Source: an uncultured Methanosarcinales archaeon (GTDB taxonomy: Archaea; Nanobdellota; Nanobdellia; Woesearchaeales; ARS49). Taken from it: a stretch of 64,000 nucleotides of DNA. The notes below the pieces were generated by a model that did no database searches, was not told the DNA's origin, and saw only the letters and a program-made list of their open reading frames with translations. Positions 18,025-26,899 of this stretch are shown here, piece after piece. Both the position numbers and the translations under genes were made by a program. The DNA lies in NCBI GenBank assembly GCA_964354285.1, contig CAYGYR010000001.1:454424-518423 (forward strand). Reading direction: 5' to 3'. Within the stretch, counting starts at the first letter, position 1. The number at the start of each line of letters is the position of its first letter.

Positions 18025-20199
18025 CTATTGCTTGATTTTCTCTATATTCCTGCATTTAGGATACTTATTGCAGGCAAGGAAAGCACCATAAACAGACTTT
18101 CGCAGAACCATATCACCCTCACCACACTTGGAGCATTTCTTCTTCTCAATCGTTATCTCAACTTTTTTAGAAGGGCAGTCAGGATTGATGCAGACCTCCT
18201 GAGGCCTCTTGCCTTTCCTTATCATCTTGATTATTGGATACTTGCAATGCTCACAGATTTTCTCTCCAACCTGAACCAGCCCCGAGAGAGGGAGCTTGAA
18301 TGTTGTCTTGCATTCAGGGTATTTGTCGCAGGCAACAAACCTTCCGAACTTTCCTTTCTTGATGACAAGCGTTCCATCCTTACAGGCAGGGCATTTTCCA
18401 ACTGTCTGCATCGCAGCCCTTGTCTCTGTGAAAGTTGTCTTCAGGCCCTCGCCAATATCTTTCTCTTTTTTCTTGAAATCATCAAGGATTTTTATAAGGA
18501 CCTCTTTTGCTTCTGCAATGATTTTTTCTTTTTTAGTCTTTCTTTCCCTTATCTCATCCATCTCCTGCTCGAAATACTTTGTGAGCTCTTCATCCACAAT
18601 CTTCGGAGCATATTTTTCAAGGATTGCAATGATATGTATTCCAAGGTCAGTTGCCCCAATGCTCTCGCCTGTGACATAATCCCTTCTGTACAAGGTGTCA
18701 ACTATCTCTGCCCGTGTTGCTTTTGTACCAAGGCCTCTTCTCTCAAGCTCCTTGATAATAGAAGACTGAGTGTATCTCTTAGGCGGCTGCGTCTCTTTTG
18801 AGTGCAGCTGTATTTTCTTTACGTCAACTGATTCTCCTTTTTCAACAGCCGGAAGCTCGATTTCCTCAAGCTTAACATAAGGCGCATAGAACATGTGCCA
18901 GTTCGGCTCAATTGTCCTTGAGCCCTGGGCAACAAAAGGCTCGCCCTTTACAGCAAACTCTATGATCATGGTTTCTCTTTTAGCAGGATCTGCAAAAGTT
19001 GAGAGGAAGCGCTTTACAATCAGGTCATAAATTTTTGCATACCTTGCATCAAGAGCTTTTGGAGTAATGCCTGTCGGATATATTGCTGGGTGAGCAGGAT
19101 CTGTTTTCTTGCCATTGTTTGGCGTTAAATCTTTCTTTTTCAGCAGGGCCTTGCAGAGATCTGAGTATAATTTTTGCTTGCTCAGGGCAGAGATTACCTT
19201 GGATAATCCCAGGGCAGCAGGCAGCTGCTGAGAGCTTGTTCTCGGGTATGAGATTACTCCATTAGTGTAGAGATCCTGCGCTATTGAAAGGGTTTCTTTT
19301 GGCCTGATTCCAAAGCACCTGTACGCCTCTGTCTGAAGGCTTGTCAAGTCAAATGGATGCGGAGGATTCTGAAGGAACTTGTTTCTCTCAACAGATGCAA
19401 CAGTTGCTTTTTTCTCTCCCTTTACCTTTTTCATGACAGCATCTGCTTTTTCTTTCTCCCAGAACTTGTCTTCCTTGTGCCAGGCAATAATCGCGCTCTG
19501 CTTTGCCATTGCATCAAGCTCTATCTGCCAGAAAGGAACTGGCTTGAATGCCTTGATTTCCTTCTCGCGGTCAACAATAATCTTTAAAGCAGGGCCCTGC
19601 ACTCGCCCTGTGCTCAGAATCTTGAACATCCCTGTTGATTTTATTGCAGATGTAAGCGCTCGCGAAATATTGATACCGTAAAAAAAATCAAGGAAATGCC
19701 TTGTCTCTCCTGCCTCTGCCTGGCCCCAGTCAAGATGAGGGGATGCATTTGCGTATGCCTCGATTAAGTCAGGCTTTGTCAATGTGCTGAACTTCATTCT
19801 CTTAGCTTCATTCCTGTTGCAGATGTAGCGGATGATATTCAGCCCTATGACTTCTCCCTCAACATCATAATCGCATGCAACTGTGAAAGAGCTCGCGTCT
19901 TTTGCCAGCTTTTTCAGGGCCATGAAATACTTTTTTGCAAAACCAGCCGCTTTGCTGATCTCATAAGTAGGAATCCATTCAATATCAAAAACAGGATATT
20001 TGAAGCCAGGCTTCTTGTCTTTCTCAGCAAGCCCAAACAAGTGGCCGACTGCACAGCCAACAACAATATCCTTTCCCTTGTGAGTTACCCTGTAGAAAGG
20101 AACGCCCTTGAAATTCTCCTTGAGCGGCTTTCCGTCAGCAAGCGCCTCTGCAACCATCGCACTCGCATTCGGCTTTTCAGCTATGATCAATTCATACAT
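18025..20199 (-). CDS. topA: Type IA DNA topoisomerase (topo I/III-like) with C-terminal zinc-ribbon domains
   Basis: Toprim N-terminus MYELIIAEKPNA. Topoisomerase IA core, then three CxxC...CxxC zinc ribbons at the C-terminus. 724 aa and no helicase domain, so not reverse gyrase. Confidence 0.85.
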   Translation of the reverse strand: MYELIIAEKPNASAMVAEALADGKPLKENFKGVPFYRVTHKGKDIVVGCAVGHLFGLAEKDKKPGFKYPVFDIEWIPTYEISKAAGFAKKYFMALKKLAKDASSFTVACDYDVEGEVIGLNIIRYICNRNEAKRMKFSTLTKPDLIEAYANASPHLDWGQAEAGETRHFLDFFYGINISRALTSAIKSTGMFKILSTGRVQGPALKIIVDREKEIKAFKPVPFWQIELDAMAKQSAIIAWHKEDKFWEKEKADAVMKKVKGEKKATVASVERNKFLQNPPHPFDLTSLQTEAYRCFGIRPKETLSIAQDLYTNGVISYPRTSSQQLPAALGLSKVISALSKQKLYSDLCKALLKKKDLTPNNGKKTDPAHPAIYPTGITPKALDARYAKIYDLIVKRFLSTFADPAKRETMIIEFAVKGEPFVAQGSRTIEPNWHMFYAPYVKLEEIELPAVEKGESVDVKKIQLHSKETQPPKRYTQSSIIKELERRGLGTKATRAEIVDTLYRRDYVTGESIGATDLGIHIIAILEKYAPKIVDEELTKYFEQEMDEIRERKTKKEKIIAEAKEVLIKILDDFKKKEKDIGEGLKTTFTETRAAMQTVGKCPACKDGTLVIKKGKFGRFVACDKYPECKTTFKLPLSGLVQVGEKICEHCKYPIIKMIRKGKRPQEVCINPDCPSKKVEITIEKKKCSKCGEGDMVLRKSVYGAFLACNKYPKCRNIEKIKQ

Positions 20200-20301
20200 G
20201 TTCTAACAAAAAATACAATTCCTTTAAAAAGGTTTGTTTCCAGCGCAAATTATATATAGGAGAAATCAATAATAAATCATTCAAAAGAAAAAAGAGGGCA
20301 A

Positions 20302-21966
20302 ATGGCAAGAACTGAGATAAGAAGGGCTTCTGAGGTAGTGAATGTTCTTGTAAAGCAGGGGCTGGGGTATTTTGTCCAGGAATATGGCTTGAAGTGGCAT
20401 CTCCCTTTCTACAAAAAATTCAAGGTTTACAAGAAAGAAGAAGATGTGCCTGCAAGAATTAGGCTTGCGATGGAAGAGCTTGGCGGGGCTTATGTAAAGC
20501 TCGGGCAGCTGCTGAGCCTCAGGCCAGACCTTGTTCCGCAGGAATACTGCAATGAGTTCAGGAAACTCCTTGACAATGTGCCTGCAATAAGCTATGAGCA
20601 TGTCAAAAAAATAATTGAGCAGGAATTGAAAGTGCCGATGGATGTCATGTTCAAGGAATTTGACAAAAACCCAATCGGAAGCGCATCAATCGCCCAGGTG
20701 CATGTTGCCAAGCTGAAGAATGGGAAAAAAGTTGTTGTGAAAATACAGCGGCCAAGCATCAGGGAGCAGATTGAGGCTGACATCAAGATAATGCACTATT
20801 TTGCTTACAAAGCTGAAAAATACCTCAAGAATGCAGTCACGCCCGTTGATATTGTCCGTGAGTTTGAGAGATACACAAGAAATGAGCTGAACTTCCTTGC
20901 AGAGGCAAAAAACATAGAGATATTCCATAAGATGTTCAAGGGAAGCAAAAGAATCATTGTTCCAGAGGTATACTTCCAGTACACGACAGGCAATGTTCTC
21001 GTGATGGATTATCTCCAGGGAATAAAGCTTTCCGAGCTTCAGGTCAATCTTTCCAAGACAATAAAACAGGAGATTGTCGGCAATATCGCAGATGCTGCTT
21101 TCAAGCAGATTGTTGAAGAGGGTGTTTTCCATGCTGACCTGCATCCTGGAAATATTATTGTCATGCCAGGGCGGGCAATTGGCCTGCTTGACTTTGGGAT
21201 AGTCGGGGCGCTTGACAAAGAGCTTAAGCACCAGGCAATGGACATGATTGTTGCACTAGTCAACAGGGATGCGAAAGATGTTGTCAGGACACTTCTTAAA
21301 GTCGGAACCCCGACATCAGCAACAAACCTTGAGGATTTTGCGACTGAAATAGAGACCACGCTTTACAAATGGCATGGCGCAGAGCTTAGGGAGGCAAGAA
21401 TAACGCACATGCTGCACGAGATGTTCAATTCCTGCGCAAAACATCACATCAGGATGCCTGCTGACCTGATACTGCTGGGCAAGGCAATGGTCACGATGGA
21501 AGCAACATGTGCGATTCTCGATCCTGAATTTAATTTTGTTGATTACACAAAACCGCAGATAGCAAAGGTGCTGAAGCGCGAGAAAAGGCCGGCAGCAATA
21601 ATAAAGCGGTTCATGGAAAAATCAAAAAACATCAGCGAAACACTGTATGACCTGCCTCAAAAAACACTTGAGCTTATCGAGAAATTCAAGAGAGAGCCAA
21701 TAAAGCTCGACCTCGATGATGTTGATGTCTGGCACCTTGGAAGGGACATCAATCACAGCAGCAATAGGCTGTCATACGCTATTGTTATCGCAGCGCTGCT
21801 GCTCACCGGTGCGACACTGATCAATATATTACCGCAGTTCAAAGGATATTCCATAGTTTCAATTGCCGCTTTTTTAGCAGCATTTTTCATGACTGTGATG
21901 CTCACAGGCTCAATAATGCGCGAGACAAGCCTGGCTTATGGCCCGCGAAAGAAACTTGAGCGATAA
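20302..21966 (+). CDS. ABC1/UbiB-family atypical protein kinase with C-terminal TM helices
   Basis: ABC1/ADCK motifs (KLGQLLS.R.DL.P, ASIAQVH.A, HADLHPGNI, DFG). Two C-terminal hydrophobic helices. Divergent from topA. Confidence 0.8.
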   Translation: MARTEIRRASEVVNVLVKQGLGYFVQEYGLKWHLPFYKKFKVYKKEEDVPARIRLAMEELGGAYVKLGQLLSLRPDLVPQEYCNEFRKLLDNVPAISYEHVKKIIEQELKVPMDVMFKEFDKNPIGSASIAQVHVAKLKNGKKVVVKIQRPSIREQIEADIKIMHYFAYKAEKYLKNAVTPVDIVREFERYTRNELNFLAEAKNIEIFHKMFKGSKRIIVPEVYFQYTTGNVLVMDYLQGIKLSELQVNLSKTIKQEIVGNIADAAFKQIVEEGVFHADLHPGNIIVMPGRAIGLLDFGIVGALDKELKHQAMDMIVALVNRDAKDVVRTLLKVGTPTSATNLEDFATEIETTLYKWHGAELREARITHMLHEMFNSCAKHHIRMPADLILLGKAMVTMEATCAILDPEFNFVDYTKPQIAKVLKREKRPAAIIKRFMEKSKNISETLYDLPQKTLELIEKFKREPIKLDLDDVDVWHLGRDINHSSNRLSYAIVIAALLLTGATLINILPQFKGYSIVSIAAFLAAFFMTVMLTGSIMRETSLAYGPRKKLER

Positions 21967-21984
21967 AAATCAAGAGGTGAAAGA

Positions 21985-22239
21985 ATGTCAAAAAGGAAAA
22001 TAGCAAAACGACTGGTTGCGCTGGGATTAAAGATCGGAAGATACGCAAAAATAGAGGTAGAAAAAGAAGCAAAGCAAATTATGAAAGTGAAGATGGCTGA
22101 CAAGAAAAGAGTTCAGATAGTTGTGAGAAAAATGCTTGCAGAAGCCAGCAAGATGAAAGCAAAGCTCGAGAGCTATGCACGAGCAGAGATGAAGATGGCT
22201 GCAAAAGCAGCAAAACCAGCAAAGAAAAAGAAAAAATAG
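21985..22239 (+). CDS. Small Lys-rich basic protein, possibly nucleic-acid binding
   Basis: 84 aa, about 30% Lys, ending in a KKKKK tail. SD GAGGTGA upstream. Confidence 0.4.
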   Translation: MSKRKIAKRLVALGLKIGRYAKIEVEKEAKQIMKVKMADKKRVQIVVRKMLAEASKMKAKLESYARAEMKMAAKAAKPAKKKKK

Positions 22240-22296
22240 AGAAAATTTTTTAGTTTTTATTTTTATTGATTTTTTTTTGGGCTGTTTGTTTTTAAA

Positions 22297-22344
22297 AATC
22301 CTTATTTGGGTGCCCTGGGCACAGAGACAGTTCCATAAGCTGAT
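22297..22344 (+). promoter_or_regulatory. Conserved 48-nt motif (copy 1) with a hairpin GTGCC-CTG-GGCAC, immediately upstream of the TATA-like box of the MoxR gene
   Basis: AATCCTTATTTGGGTGCCCTGGGCACAGAGACAGTTCCATAAGCTGAT. The second copy at 40614..40661 is about 90% identical, with compensatory stem changes. Confidence 0.5.
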
Positions 22345-22388
22345 GCATTTCCCAAATCTTTTTAAATCAACAACAATCATAATATAAT

Positions 22389-23411
22389 ATGGTAAAGCAT
22401 AACTTCAAAGAGCAATTCACTGGAAAAGACCCTTTTACTGATATTCTTGGGCAGGATACTACCAAAGAGCAGGCAAAATCAGCATTGCTGATGGACAGGC
22501 ACATACTGATTGTCGGGCCTCCTGGCGTTGGAAAGACAACAATGGCAAAAAATGTCGCAAAACTACTGCCAGACATAACTGCAAATGCCTGCGAGTATCA
22601 CTGCGACCCTGAAAACCCATTATGCCCATCCTGCAAGGCAAAAAAGCCAGCAACTAAAAAACTAAAAGGTGTTGACAGGTTTATCCGCTTGCAGGGAAGC
22701 CCTGACCTGACTGTTGAGGACTTATTAGGAGATATTGACCCGATTAAAGCGCTGAAGTTCGGATCAACATCAATCGAGGCATTCACACCTGGAAAAATAT
22801 TCAAGGCAAACAAAGGCATATTATTTTTTGACGAGGTAAACAGGTGCCCTGAAAAACTGCAGAACGCGCTGCTTCAAGTCCTTCAGGAAGGAACTGCAAC
22901 TATCGGAGCTTACACAGTTGACCTGCCTGCTAACTTTATTTTCATAGGAACAATGAACCCAGAGGAGACAGCAGCAACAGAGAAACTGTCAGATGTTTTC
23001 CTTGACAGATTTGATGTCGTGCACATGACATACCCAGAGACACAAGAGATAGAGCAAAAAATAGTCCTTGAAAAAGGAAAAAAGCTTGATGTCACATTCC
23101 CGCAAAAACTTCTAACAAGAGCAATTGATTTTGTCAGACTACTGAGAGAACACAAAGACCTGCAAAAAAAGCCAAGCGTCAGGGCTTCACTCGGGCTTTA
23201 TGAAAGGGCGCAGGCAAATGCATTCCTTGCAAAAAGAACAAATGTGACAGCAGATGACATTGCAAAAGCAATAATCTCAGTCATCTCTCACAGGATTGAG
23301 CTAAAGCCATCTGTGAAATACCTTCAAACAACTGAGGAGTTTATAGCAGAAGAGTTCAGGAAGTATTGTGCTGAGCACAAGGAACTCGGGCACGAAGGTG
23401 GTTGCCTTTAG
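22389..23411 (+). CDS. MoxR-like AAA+ ATPase
   Basis: Walker A GPPGVGKTT and Walker B ILFFDEVNR, with sensor motifs. An unusual CxxxC...CxxC insertion (CEYHCDPENPLCPSCK) lies after Walker A. Confidence 0.8.
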   Translation: MVKHNFKEQFTGKDPFTDILGQDTTKEQAKSALLMDRHILIVGPPGVGKTTMAKNVAKLLPDITANACEYHCDPENPLCPSCKAKKPATKKLKGVDRFIRLQGSPDLTVEDLLGDIDPIKALKFGSTSIEAFTPGKIFKANKGILFFDEVNRCPEKLQNALLQVLQEGTATIGAYTVDLPANFIFIGTMNPEETAATEKLSDVFLDRFDVVHMTYPETQEIEQKIVLEKGKKLDVTFPQKLLTRAIDFVRLLREHKDLQKKPSVRASLGLYERAQANAFLAKRTNVTADDIAKAIISVISHRIELKPSVKYLQTTEEFIAEEFRKYCAEHKELGHEGGCL

Positions 23412-24585
23412 CCCAGATGTTGAGGTTAAAGAGCTTTCTAAGGCAGAAGAGTGCCAAGGCAAACTTGAGATGCAGCTTCTTGAAGACAAGCTGATGCACT
23501 CTGTGCTGCAAAACGACAAAAAAGTCATTGATGAAGGCAAGATTGTTGAAGAGGCAATAAACAGAGGCTTGAGCGCATTCGTCCCAGACCTTCTCTTTGA
23601 GCAGCTTGTAAAGAACTATTCTATTGCAAAGCAGATACTTGGGGAAAAACTGATAAGGCTGCTTACTGGAGTTGAGCCAGACTACCTTGAGAAAAACATA
23701 GGAATCCCAGAGTTCAGAAAAGAGCTTAAGAAAGCAATACAGGAAAACATAAACAATCTAAAGGACAAAAACTTGCTTGACAGGGACGGCCAGATAACTG
23801 ACAAAGGCATTGAGCTCGCAAGCTTGGTTCTTTATGTAGAGGAGCTTGACAAGTTAATATCAAAAGGAATTCTTGGGCAGAAAGTAAACAAAAAAAGATC
23901 ACACTACGGAGAAAGAGACGAAATAAGCATGTACAAGAAAGGGGACAGGTATAAGGACATTGCAATCAAAAGCTCTGTGCGGACAGCAATAAAAAGAAGG
24001 CATGATAGAATAGAGCCAGATGACCTGAAGACAGCAAAAAGGCAGAGCAAGGGCGCTGTTTACATTGTTTACGGGATAGATGCATCTGCCTCAATGAAAG
24101 GAGACAAGATAGAGACCTGCAAGAAAGCAGGGGTAGCGCTTGCATACAAAGCAATATCTGACAAAGATAAAGTTGGCTTGGTTGTTTTTGGCTCAGAAGT
24201 CAAAGACTTTGTTGTACCAACAATTGACTTTGGCTTCTTGCTTAACAAAATAACGCGAGTGAGAGCTTCCAGGCAGACTGACTTCTGCGCAATGCTGCAC
24301 AAGGCAGCAGAGCTCTTTCCAGCAGAGAATGTAACAAAACACCTTATTGTCCTTACAGATGCCCTGCCAACAGTTGGAAAAAAACCAGAGGAAGACACGC
24401 TTAAGGCAGTCTCAATGGCAAGAGCAGCTGGAATAACAGTATCAATAATCGGAATAAAGCTTGACGAGAAAGGAGAGGCTCTGGCAAAACAGATTGCCCT
24501 GCTTGGAGAGGGAAGGCTTTACGTTGTCAAAGGCCTTGAGAATATTGACAGGATTGTTCTTGAAGATTATTATTCAGTGAGATAA
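23368..24585 (+). CDS. von Willebrand factor A (VWA) domain protein, partner of MoxR
   Basis: MIDAS-like DASASM...T...D VWA core (VYIVYGIDASASMKGDK). Overlaps the MoxR stop by 44 nt. An alternative internal ATG lies at about 23470. Confidence 0.7.
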   Translation: MLSTRNSGTKVVAFSPDVEVKELSKAEECQGKLEMQLLEDKLMHSVLQNDKKVIDEGKIVEEAINRGLSAFVPDLLFEQLVKNYSIAKQILGEKLIRLLTGVEPDYLEKNIGIPEFRKELKKAIQENINNLKDKNLLDRDGQITDKGIELASLVLYVEELDKLISKGILGQKVNKKRSHYGERDEISMYKKGDRYKDIAIKSSVRTAIKRRHDRIEPDDLKTAKRQSKGAVYIVYGIDASASMKGDKIETCKKAGVALAYKAISDKDKVGLVVFGSEVKDFVVPTIDFGFLLNKITRVRASRQTDFCAMLHKAAELFPAENVTKHLIVLTDALPTVGKKPEEDTLKAVSMARAAGITVSIIGIKLDEKGEALAKQIALLGEGRLYVVKGLENIDRIVLEDYYSVR

Positions 24586-24586
24586 A

Positions 24587-25339
24587 TTATTTCTTGACTT
24601 TGAAAATTGCCTTGCGCGGATGCCAGTCATCACAAATATCCTGCAAAAATATGTCTTTGATAAACTTTAAATTCATATTAAAATTCTTGGCTTTGCGCAC
24701 GGTGATGACGCCAATACTCCTTTTTTGAGTATGTATAACTTTAATATTCTTAAATTGCTTAACATATTTTATGAAGTCAATTCTTTTACTATTATCCCAA
24801 ATCTCAAAAAGGTTCTGTAATTCAACAGGAAGTTCCATGTTTCTAGGTTGTATATCAAGCCGTGCAAGACCATCTTTTTTAAGAATCCGATTGATTTCCT
24901 CCATAAAAAAAGCCTTATTCGCAATATATTGCACACAAGCTTGACTATAGATATAATCAAAATAGTTATTTGGAAATTTTAACTTTTGACCTGCGTCTGC
25001 AATATAAATTTTTGGAAGATTTTGGTTAATATCTTGCTTTGTAAATATCTTCTGGTGAAGAGCGTATCTTTTAATTAACTTCAGATTCCATCTTTTTTCT
25101 TTATTTATTCCATGAATCTCTATTCTATCTTTAAATAATTTTTTCAGCTCAAGCAAGGCCCTGCCATAACCACAACCAACTTCAAGAACCCTTACTTTTT
25201 TCTTTTTCTTCAGAAGACCTTTGATATCTTTAACAATATCCCCAATTCTTTCTTTTGCTTCTTTAATACCTCTTTTTCTGCTCCACTGCCAAATCAGAAT
25301 TTTCTTTTTGCCCTTTTTTTGAAAATGATACAGAGCCAT
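24587..25339 (-). CDS. Class I SAM-dependent methyltransferase (Lys-rich) in a markedly AT-richer segment
   Basis: Motif I RVLEVGCGYGRAL. GC content is visibly lower than in the flanks. Confidence 0.55.
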   Translation of the reverse strand: MALYHFQKKGKKKILIWQWSRKRGIKEAKERIGDIVKDIKGLLKKKKKVRVLEVGCGYGRALLELKKLFKDRIEIHGINKEKRWNLKLIKRYALHQKIFTKQDINQNLPKIYIADAGQKLKFPNNYFDYIYSQACVQYIANKAFFMEEINRILKKDGLARLDIQPRNMELPVELQNLFEIWDNSKRIDFIKYVKQFKNIKVIHTQKRSIGVITVRKAKNFNMNLKFIKDIFLQDICDDWHPRKAIFKVKK

Positions 25340-25431
25340 ATGCTTTTTTGAAGTACTGTGTTATAATAATCTTTCGATTGCAGAAACATTTAAATACCAT
25401 AAAACAAAAAATTCTGTAAAAGAGGTGCATA

Positions 25432-26298
25432 ATGGTACTTGAGCAGCTATACCCCATAGAGTTTCTAAAAGAAAAGCCAAGATATGCATTGCTGCTTAGT
25501 TTTGCATTCACTGTTTTTGCCACTTTCTTTGGAATGATGATTTTTCCCCAGGATCCTGCACTGGTCATAGTTGCAATGGCATCAACACTGCTCATACCTT
25601 CGCTCTACCAGTTCACAGTCTTTGAAGAAAAAGTGGAAAGAGAAATCGCAGGAATGGGTGTGAAAGATGTTTTAATCACAAACAAGCAATTATTCAAGGT
25701 TTACACATACATGTTCTTTGGCTCATTCTTTGCCTTTGCAATATTCTCCATCGTGCTTCCATCGCTTGCAACAAACTATCTGTTCAGGATGCAGATGGCA
25801 GCAGTATCAGGAGGGGCAATAGCAGGCATAGGAACAAAATTCTCAATGGTCCTGCTATGGGAACTGCTCAGCAATAATTTCCAGGTGCTGATGCTCTGCT
25901 TCATTGTTTCCATAATAGCAGGCAATGGCTCTATTTACTTGATCATATGGAATGCATCTGTCTGGGGAACTGTCTTTGGAACACTTGCAAAAACAACTGC
26001 GCTTCATCTTGGAGCAAGCTCAGGAGTACTCTTTTTACTGATAATGATAAGTGTTTTCCCCCATGTATTGCTTGAGATGGGAAGCTATATCCTTGCAGTA
26101 ATATCTGGAACAGTGATATCAAACGCCCTTGCAAGAGAGCATATATTGTCAAAGCGTTTTGGAAAAGTGCTTCTGGTAAATCTCGTGATACTTGGGCTCG
26201 CCCTGCTTGTGCTCTTGATTGGCGGGATTGTAGAGACGTATGTGCTTGATAACTTCATGACATACCAAAGGATAATACAACTAAGCTTTGGGGGATAG
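25432..26298 (+). CDS. Polytopic integral membrane protein, possibly DUF95/SpoIIM-like
   Basis: 288 aa with about 6-7 hydrophobic helices. Family assignment is tentative. Confidence 0.45.
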   Translation: MVLEQLYPIEFLKEKPRYALLLSFAFTVFATFFGMMIFPQDPALVIVAMASTLLIPSLYQFTVFEEKVEREIAGMGVKDVLITNKQLFKVYTYMFFGSFFAFAIFSIVLPSLATNYLFRMQMAAVSGGAIAGIGTKFSMVLLWELLSNNFQVLMLCFIVSIIAGNGSIYLIIWNASVWGTVFGTLAKTTALHLGASSGVLFLLIMISVFPHVLLEMGSYILAVISGTVISNALAREHILSKRFGKVLLVNLVILGLALLVLLIGGIVETYVLDNFMTYQRIIQLSFGG

Positions 26299-26302
26299 TT
26301 CT

Positions 26303-26899
26303 ATGAAAATACTTGCATTTGTTGACGTGCATGCAAGCATGACTGCCCTAAAAAAGCTTGAGGAAAAGGCAAAAAAGCAAAAGCCAGATGTCATAATCTG
26401 CGCAGGGGACATATCTATTTTTGAGAACCATCTTGATGTGCTGATGAACAAGGTAAGCAGGCTTGGGAAAAAAGTATTAATGATTCCAGGAAACCACGAA
26501 ACACCTGTTGTACTGAAAAAAATGTGCTCGTTTTATGAAAACATGATTTATTTCAACAAAAAAATTGTAAAAATCAATGATATTTATTTTATTGGATTCT
26601 CAGGAGAAGGATTCTCAAGAACAGACCTTGAGCTCGAGCAATTTGCAAAGAAAATAAAAAGCGAGATAAAAGGCAAGAAAGTTGTGTTTGTGACGCACGC
26701 GCCGCCCTACAAAACCAAGCTTGATGTCATAGGAAAAGAGCATTGCGGAAACAAGACCGTGACTAATTTTATCAAGTCTAACCCGAATATTGTGCTTCAC
26801 ATATGCGGCCACTTCCATGAGACATCAGGGGATGAAGACAAGATAGGCCGCACAAGAACAATAAACCCAGGACCTTGGGGGAAAATCATTGAGATATGA
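26303..26899 (+). CDS. Calcineurin-like metallophosphoesterase
   Basis: Motifs DVH, GD, GNHE and GH. SD GGGGGA 8 nt upstream of the ATG at 26303. The tool ORF starts at a TTG at 26288. Confidence 0.7.
   Translation: MKILAFVDVHASMTALKKLEEKAKKQKPDVIICAGDISIFENHLDVLMNKVSRLGKKVLMIPGNHETPVVLKKMCSFYENMIYFNKKIVKINDIYFIGFSGEGFSRTDLELEQFAKKIKSEIKGKKVVFVTHAPPYKTKLDVIGKEHCGNKTVTNFIKSNPNIVLHICGHFHETSGDEDKIGRTRTINPGPWGKIIEI

Noticed and set aside
18028-18801. 257-aa plus-strand ORF antisense to topA, and similar antisense ORFs within the giant adhesin gene (57070..57383, 58141..58329 and others)
   Set aside because: Shadow ORFs inside long, well-supported genes.
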